Assembly (NCBI GenBank): GCA_046346875.1 | Contig: JAXMHG010000006.1 | Span: forward strand, 54,478 to 118,477 | Reading direction: 5' to 3' | DNA: 64,000 nt | Origin: Turneriella sp. | Lineage (GTDB): Bacteria > Spirochaetota > Leptospiria > Turneriellales > Turneriellaceae | Shown: positions 58,130 through 64,000 of the stretch, one piece after another | Numbering within the stretch: the stretch's first letter is position 1 | Layout: each line of letters begins with the position of its first letter | Program-made: the position numbers and the translations under genes | The notes under the pieces: model-generated | Told to the model about the DNA's origin: nothing | The model's database searches: none | What the model saw: the letters and a program-made list of their open reading frames with translations, nothing else

Positions 58130-60223
58130 ATGCCCATAAAAATCCTGAGCCTGACCATCTCACTGTTTTTCGGGGCTGCAATATTTGCCGCGGAACCCGC
58201 GCAGCTGCAGGCCGCAGGCTGTCGAACTGCAGATTTTTTTCACGAATCCGATTCAGAAAAGCCTGTAAGCCAGCTTGGGCAGTACCGGCAGGTAGAGGCA
58301 TTTCCGGTGCTTCTTAATGCAATCTATCGCCCGGCCCGCGACGGCCGGCTTCTGCACTACAGCGTTGCCTGCGCCATCAGCCTGCCTGCCGGCGTGCGCA
58401 GCGACCACTACCTTTACCTGCCCGGTATCGGTGAGAACTTTGATATTTACCTGAACGGAAAAAAGATACACAGCGACATACACGTGGAAGGCGACAGGCT
58501 GCGGGTCTACCGCTATACCAAATATAGCAACGTGACTTTACCCGGTTCGCTGCTGCGCGAAGGCGAGAACACCCTTTTCTTTCACATTGCAGGCTATGCA
58601 CCCATCACGCCGCTATCACAGAATTTTTTACTTGGCTTACCATTCCGCAGCGGCTACACAGTTTCAGCCGAACGCGAGAGCGGTCCGGGCAGCCTGCTGC
58701 TCTTTTTTCTGACGGCATCGTACGTCTTTTTTGGGCTCTACCATTTTTTCTTTTACCTGCGCTGGCGCGAAAAAAAGTACAATCTGCATTTCGCGGTTTT
58801 TTCGCTCGCGATATCCGGATATTTTCTCGCTTTTTCCCAGGAAGCATTTGCGCGCGTTTCCGACACACGATATCTTATCATTGCCTCGTACGCGAGCCAG
58901 ATGCTCGCGCTTGGATTCTTTCTGCTCTATGTGCACAGCTTCTTCTTTGAGCGTAATCGTGTTCCGCTTTACCTGCGCGTCGCGGTGCTGGTCGACCTGG
59001 TACTTGCAGCGATGGTTGTCGCAGGGCGCGACACCTGGTACCAGTCGTTGCTGACTTTCTGGTATTTTACTGCGCTGCCGCAGATATTACTGGTCTTTTA
59101 TCTCATCGGGCGTGCCGTAAAGCTGAGATTGCCCGATGCCCGCACACTGGCAATCAGCATTGCGATTGCTCTCCTTATGATTGCCTTCGATATGCTGGAT
59201 ACGCTGATTTTTTATTCCAGCGTGAGGCTGAGCCAGTTTGCCTACTTTGTTGTTGTCGTTTCGCTCGTCTTGCTCATGGCAAATCGTTTTATCAATATTC
59301 ACCATGAAACCGATCGCCTGAACCAGCAGCTTTCGCACGAGAGAAATTCATTTTCGCGTTTCGTTCCTTCACAGTTTCTCGAAAACCTTGGCCGTACGAC
59401 GGCGGTGGAGATTCGCCGCGGCGACACCGCACAGCGGCAGATGGGTATTTTGTTCATGGATATCCGGAATTTTACGGGGATTGCTGAGAAACTTTCACCA
59501 GCTGAGAGCCTGGTCTTTCTCAATGTGTTCATGCGCAAGATGGAGCAGTGTATTAGCCAGAATGCCGGGTTTGTCGATAAGTACATTGGTGATGGCCTGC
59601 TGGCGCTCTTTGGATCCCGCGACGACAGCGCTGCTGATGGCGCTGTGCAGGCAGTCAAGGCATCCCGGCAGATGCTGCAGAGCCTGGATTTTCTAAATCG
59701 GTACAGCACCGATTTCGGCCATATCCGCGTCGGCATCGGTGTGCACTGCGGTTCGCTGGTGATGGGTACGCTCGGCAGCCGGCGTCGCCTCGATACCACC
59801 GTCATCGGCGACGCGGTAAATCTTGCCTCGCGTCTGGAAATGCTCACAACCCTTTATGGATTACCCATGCTGCTTTCAGGTGATGTCGAACAGTACCTGC
59901 CGCCAGAAATGCTGGCAGACGTACGGCGTATCGATACCGTCAGGGTTAAGGGTCGCAGGCAGCCGGTAACGGTATATGAAGATTTTTCGGCTGAAGCTCC
60001 CGATATCGCCGAGAAAAAGCGCCGCGGTAAAGTTGAGTACGATGAAGCATTTGCTGCCTATGCGAGGGGCGATTTCGCCCAGGCAGTGCGGCAGTTTGAT
60101 GCCATTAACAGCGGTTTTACCTATGATAGTGCTGCTCAAACCCTTTCGCGCCGTGCCCGGAAACTACTGGAGCACGGGGCACCCCTGAACTGGGATGGGA
60201 TTTTGCCACTTGGGAAAAAATAG
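58130..60223 (+). CDS. 7TM-DISM-like membrane sensor class III adenylate cyclase
   Basis: Signal peptide, extracellular beta domain, about 7 TM, LFMDIRNFT, VDKYIGDG, TTVIGDAVNLASRLE. Confidence 0.88.
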   Translation: MPIKILSLTISLFFGAAIFAAEPAQLQAAGCRTADFFHESDSEKPVSQLGQYRQVEAFPVLLNAIYRPARDGRLLHYSVACAISLPAGVRSDHYLYLPGIGENFDIYLNGKKIHSDIHVEGDRLRVYRYTKYSNVTLPGSLLREGENTLFFHIAGYAPITPLSQNFLLGLPFRSGYTVSAERESGPGSLLLFFLTASYVFFGLYHFFFYLRWREKKYNLHFAVFSLAISGYFLAFSQEAFARVSDTRYLIIASYASQMLALGFFLLYVHSFFFERNRVPLYLRVAVLVDLVLAAMVVAGRDTWYQSLLTFWYFTALPQILLVFYLIGRAVKLRLPDARTLAISIAIALLMIAFDMLDTLIFYSSVRLSQFAYFVVVVSLVLLMANRFINIHHETDRLNQQLSHERNSFSRFVPSQFLENLGRTTAVEIRRGDTAQRQMGILFMDIRNFTGIAEKLSPAESLVFLNVFMRKMEQCISQNAGFVDKYIGDGLLALFGSRDDSAADGAVQAVKASRQMLQSLDFLNRYSTDFGHIRVGIGVHCGSLVMGTLGSRRRLDTTVIGDAVNLASRLEMLTTLYGLPMLLSGDVEQYLPPEMLADVRRIDTVRVKGRRQPVTVYEDFSAEAPDIAEKKRRGKVEYDEAFAAYARGDFAQAVRQFDAINSGFTYDSAAQTLSRRARKLLEHGAPLNWDGILPLGKK

Positions 60224-60235
60224 CAAAGGAATACC

Positions 60236-63200
60236 GTGACAGCAGTACGAGAGGGTATGATGGTTTCTGTGCTGCGCTCTCTCGGGGCGTTTGCAGCATT
60301 TCTGGCCTTCTATATTTTTGCCGGCGTTTTTGTTCTGCGTTACCTGACAGAAAATGGCATCGTCGCGGTTTTTTGGCCTCCTACGGGCATTGCACTGGCA
60401 GCACTGCTACTCGGCGGCCGGCGGTATATACCAGCCGTATTTATCGGTGCTTTCTTTGCGAACCAGTTGGCCGGTGCTCGTATCGTTCCGGGTTTAATCT
60501 ATGCGGGCATCAATACCCTTGAGGGCCTCGTTGCATGGTTTTTGCTAACCCGCGTGAGCAAGATCGATCTTGCGCTTGCCCATGCTCGCGACTACTTCCA
60601 GATTTTTCTCTACGGTGGTGTCGTCGCACCCTTCGTCGGGGCGCTGCTCGGGGCCATAACCCTCTACCTGTCTGCACTGGCGCCGCAGGATTTCTGGCAC
60701 AACCTGCAGTACTGGTGGATGGGTGACTCATTGGGAGTTATCATTCTTACGCCGCTTCTGCTGATCTGGCGCAGGCGCCCCACACAGACGTATACGAGCA
60801 GGCAGTGGATAGAAGCTGCGGTCGGCCTCTCTGCCCTTGTCTTTGTTGGCCAGATCGTGTTCGCTGGTTGGTCATTCGGCGCGCTCAATGCCTACGGCCG
60901 CGGTTTCATTTTTTTCATCTTCGTCTCGTGGGCAGCCATGCGTTTCGGCCGCCACGCCACTTCGCTTGCCATCGCTATATTGATTATCCAGATTATGGTG
61001 GGCCTGGTCGCCGGCCGGGGTTACTTCGCTGCAGAGAGTCGCAGCGTCATGTTCGGGACGATATGGCTGTACATGACGGCAATCTCGGTGACCGGTATGG
61101 CGCTGGCGATTTATATCTACGAGGCGCGCCTGCTTAATCACCAACTGACCCTCGCGCGTGAACACCTGGAGCAGGTCAATGCTCTGGCGCATATCGGAGG
61201 CTGGGAGTTTGATATAGCGGAAAACAGCATGCGCTTTTCGCGCGAGGCACTGCGCATTCTGGATTTGCCAGAAGATGCTGACCCCGATCTGGCAACTGCG
61301 CTGAGTTTCATAGATGAGAGTGAACAAGCCGTACACATGGCACGCGGGCAGCTGGCAATGGAACAAGGTATCGGCTGGGATGCTGAGTTCGCGCTGCGCA
61401 CGCGTTCGGGCAGACAGATCTGGGTGCGGTCGCAGGGCAGGCCAATCAGCGAAAATGGCCGCGTCGTGCGCCTCATCGGAGCGCTGCATGACCTCACCGA
61501 AAGCAGGTATGCACAGATAGCGCTCAAAAAGCGCGAGCTGGAATTTCGCCGCCTGGTAGAGACTGCCTCTGAGGGAATCTGGACGATTGATGAGCATGGC
61601 TCGACCACTTTCGTGAACCGGCGCATGGCAGAATTACTGGGTTATCAGCCCCACGAAATGCTGGGCACGCATTTTCTCGAATACATTCCTGCTGAATGGC
61701 ATGGCGTTGCCACACAGCAGTTGCAGCGCAGAAGAGAAGGGGTTTCTGAAAGTCAGGAGTCTGCGTTGCTTCACCGTTCAGGCAAGAAGATCTGGGTCAT
61801 GGCGAGCACCAGCCCGATTCGCGACGAAGCAGGCGTAGTCGTGGGAGCTCTCGCAATGATCAGTGACATCAGCGAGCGCAAGACAATTGAAGAACAACTG
61901 AAACAGAGCGAAGCGCGTTACAGGCAACTCGTCGAATCTTCGGCCGATGCAATTGTTGTGCACCAAAGCGGCTTCATCGTTTATTTGAATGAACCGGCTG
62001 TGCGTCTGCTCAAGGCGCACGATACCGGTGACCTTATTGGCCGAAACGTGCTCGAGCTTGTGGCGCCTGAATTTCGGACCACGGTGATCGAGCGTATGAA
62101 ACTGGTGAATGGACCGGGTGGGCACGTGCCGCTTGTTGAAGAGAAATTCCTTCGCCTGGACGGTACGACGGTAGACGTCGAGGTGTCTGCTTCTGGCACG
62201 CTCTTCAATGGATTGCCTGCAACCATGGTTGTTGCGCGCGACATCACGGACCGCAAGCGTGCCGAAGCACAGATACGCTACCTGGGCCAGCACGACATAC
62301 TGACTGGTTTACCCAACCGCGCCCTGTTCGCGGACCGTCTGGCACAGACGATAGCAATGGCAGATCGGCATCACGGAGTTTTCGCCCTGTTGTTTCTCGA
62401 TCTCGACCACTTCAAGAAAATCAATGATTCTTACGGGCACCGGGCTGGGGACGCGTTCTTACGGCAGGTTGCAGAGCGTCTCACCGGATGCGTGCGGGCC
62501 ATCAACACGGTTTCGCGCCAGGGTGGAGACGAATTCATTGTGCTTCTCAATGACCTGGCGCACCCTGAAGATGCAGGTACAATTGCCCGTGAAATTTGTG
62601 AACGTCTTTCTGAACCTTTCGACATCGGGGAAATACGTCTGCATGCTTCAGTCAGTGTGGGTATTGCGGTTTATCCGAAAGACGGCAGCGATGCAGACAC
62701 GCTGCTGCGCAATGCCGATATTGCGATGTACCATGCGAAGGGCAGAGGCCGTAACCAGTACCAGTTCTTTTCGGAAGAACTGAACAGGATTACGCAGCAG
62801 CGACTCGATATTGAGCTGGCGCTTCGCAGAGCGATCGCCGAGAACCAGTTTTATCTCGTGTACCAGCCACAGCTTAACCTGCAGACCGGGGCGATCGAAG
62901 GTTTTGAAGCGCTCATCCGTTGGCGACACCCGGTGCGCGGAGAACTTTCACCGCTCGAATTCATACCCATTGCCGAAGAATCCGGTCAGATTGCCGCGCT
63001 TGGTGAATGGGTGCTGCGCAAGGTCTTGTCAGACATGCCACAGTTCGATGCAGCGGGGCATGACCAGCTGCGCATTGCGGTAAACGTCAGCGCACTCGAG
63101 TTACGGCAGACGAATTTTGCTGATCGGGTTCTTAAGTTACTTGAAGAATTTCACGTACTACCGATGCGCCTTGAGTTAGAGGTCACAGAGAGCATGCTCA

Positions 63201-63571
63201 TGGAAGACACGCAGCTAGCGGCGCAGTCGATACAAAGGTTGTCTAGCGAGGGTATTAAATTCGCCATTGATGATTTTGGTACAGGCTATTCATCCCTAAG
63301 CTACCTGAGGACGCTCCGCATTCACCACCTGAAAATCGACCGTTCTTTCATCAGCGACCTGGCACACGATGCAGACGACGCTGCGATTGTCAGAACGATC
63401 ATCGCCTTGGCGCAGAATCTGCGCCTGAAGGCGGTTGCCGAAGGCGTCGAGACCCAGGAACAGCGGGATTTTCTTCGCAATCATGGCTGCGAAATCATGC
63501 AGGGCTTCTACCTTTCCCGACCGCTTGAGCTACCCGCCGCCCTGAAGTTCCTTTCTGACAGTGTGCGGTAG
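60236..63571 (+). CDS. MASE1 - 3xPAS - GGDEF - EAL c-di-GMP enzyme
   Basis: MASE1 (FWPPTGIALAALL, WWMGDSLG), PAS/PAC, RQGGDEF, GFEALIRW, DDFGTGYSSL. Confidence 0.92.
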   Translation: MTAVREGMMVSVLRSLGAFAAFLAFYIFAGVFVLRYLTENGIVAVFWPPTGIALAALLLGGRRYIPAVFIGAFFANQLAGARIVPGLIYAGINTLEGLVAWFLLTRVSKIDLALAHARDYFQIFLYGGVVAPFVGALLGAITLYLSALAPQDFWHNLQYWWMGDSLGVIILTPLLLIWRRRPTQTYTSRQWIEAAVGLSALVFVGQIVFAGWSFGALNAYGRGFIFFIFVSWAAMRFGRHATSLAIAILIIQIMVGLVAGRGYFAAESRSVMFGTIWLYMTAISVTGMALAIYIYEARLLNHQLTLAREHLEQVNALAHIGGWEFDIAENSMRFSREALRILDLPEDADPDLATALSFIDESEQAVHMARGQLAMEQGIGWDAEFALRTRSGRQIWVRSQGRPISENGRVVRLIGALHDLTESRYAQIALKKRELEFRRLVETASEGIWTIDEHGSTTFVNRRMAELLGYQPHEMLGTHFLEYIPAEWHGVATQQLQRRREGVSESQESALLHRSGKKIWVMASTSPIRDEAGVVVGALAMISDISERKTIEEQLKQSEARYRQLVESSADAIVVHQSGFIVYLNEPAVRLLKAHDTGDLIGRNVLELVAPEFRTTVIERMKLVNGPGGHVPLVEEKFLRLDGTTVDVEVSASGTLFNGLPATMVVARDITDRKRAEAQIRYLGQHDILTGLPNRALFADRLAQTIAMADRHHGVFALLFLDLDHFKKINDSYGHRAGDAFLRQVAERLTGCVRAINTVSRQGGDEFIVLLNDLAHPEDAGTIAREICERLSEPFDIGEIRLHASVSVGIAVYPKDGSDADTLLRNADIAMYHAKGRGRNQYQFFSEELNRITQQRLDIELALRRAIAENQFYLVYQPQLNLQTGAIEGFEALIRWRHPVRGELSPLEFIPIAEESGQIAALGEWVLRKVLSDMPQFDAAGHDQLRIAVNVSALELRQTNFADRVLKLLEEFHVLPMRLELEVTESMLMEDTQLAAQSIQRLSSEGIKFAIDDFGTGYSSLSYLRTLRIHHLKIDRSFISDLAHDADDAAIVRTIIALAQNLRLKAVAEGVETQEQRDFLRNHGCEIMQGFYLSRPLELPAALKFLSDSVR

Positions 63572-64000
63572 TCACGTTTCCTCAGGATACGCCTCTATAC
63601 CATGCTCAATAATGTCGAGACCTTCGATTTCTTCAGAGGCCGGTACTCTCAAGCCTATGAACGGGATGTATTTCATGAGCGTGAATACCGCCAGTGAAAC
63701 CGGGAATGCCCACAAGAAACCAGCGGCAACGCCCAGCGCCTGAGCGGCCAGCTGTGCCGTGCCGCCGCCATAGAACAGACCTGCAGGTCCTGCGCCATAG
63801 TTGGGGTTCGCAAATAATCCCACAGCTAAAGTACCCCAGGCTCCGGCGAAGCCGTGTACTGAAACTGCACCGACGGGATCGTCAATCTTGAGCCAGTCAA
63901 GTAGCAAGACGCCGTAGACAACCAGTACCCCTGCCACACCTCCTATCGCCACAGCCCCTTTGGGATCGACGTTGCTACAGCCGGCTGTGATTGCCACGAG
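63572..64000 (-). CDS. amt: Ammonium transporter (3' part; runs off the window)
   Basis: AITAGCSNV, LKIDDPVGAVSVHG, GLDIIEHGIEAYPE. Confidence 0.93.
   Translation of the reverse strand, partial: LVAITAGCSNVDPKGAVAIGGVAGVLVVYGVLLLDWLKIDDPVGAVSVHGFAGAWGTLAVGLFANPNYGAGPAGLFYGGGTAQLAAQALGVAAGFLWAFPVSLAVFTLMKYIPFIGLRVPASEEIEGLDIIEHGIEAYPEET

Noticed and set aside
63569-63574. Convergent GGDEF-EAL and amt stop codons abutting with zero gap
   Set aside because: Real, but common in compact genomes; no structure or motif suggests regulation

Overview
A 64 kb stretch of core chromosome, most likely from a Leptospiraceae spirochaete (Turneriella-like; inferred from gene content, about 55% GC, CheX, bactofilin-M23, many PP2C/SpoIIE phosphatases and class III cyclases). 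It carries about 55 CDS. Housekeeping genes: cmoAB, htpG, RsmB/F-family methyltransferase, typA, acnA, pfkA, ridA, hpf-hprK-ptsH and the 3' end of amt. There is dense signalling content: cheR-cheD-cheB (esterase domain only), an MCP, two GGDEF-EAL proteins, two adenylate cyclases, three SpoIIE phosphatases and two hybrid kinases. I saw no rRNA, tRNA, IS element, prophage or CRISPR array. The most notable signals are: (1) a YHYH / MORN-variant / SCO lipoprotein operon, a candidate uncharacterised envelope copper system; (2) a translationally coupled amidohydrolase (resembling the cAMP deaminase CadD) - cNMP-TPR - Crp operon, possibly under a sigma28 promoter; (3) an AT-richer signalling islet containing a membrane-integrated CheA-like kinase with no CheW domain, followed by CheY and CheX and divergent from a NarL-type regulator, with two identical 18-3-18 bp tandem palindromic operators between them; (4) an HPF with a duplicated C-terminal dimerisation domain, overlapping an hprK that appears to start at CUG; (5) a convergent TonB-receptor / small Cys-His protein pair, each preceded by a Fur-family box; (6) a multiply frameshifted tandem paralog of a beta-barrel OMP. 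All calls come from motif reading only; no database search was run.
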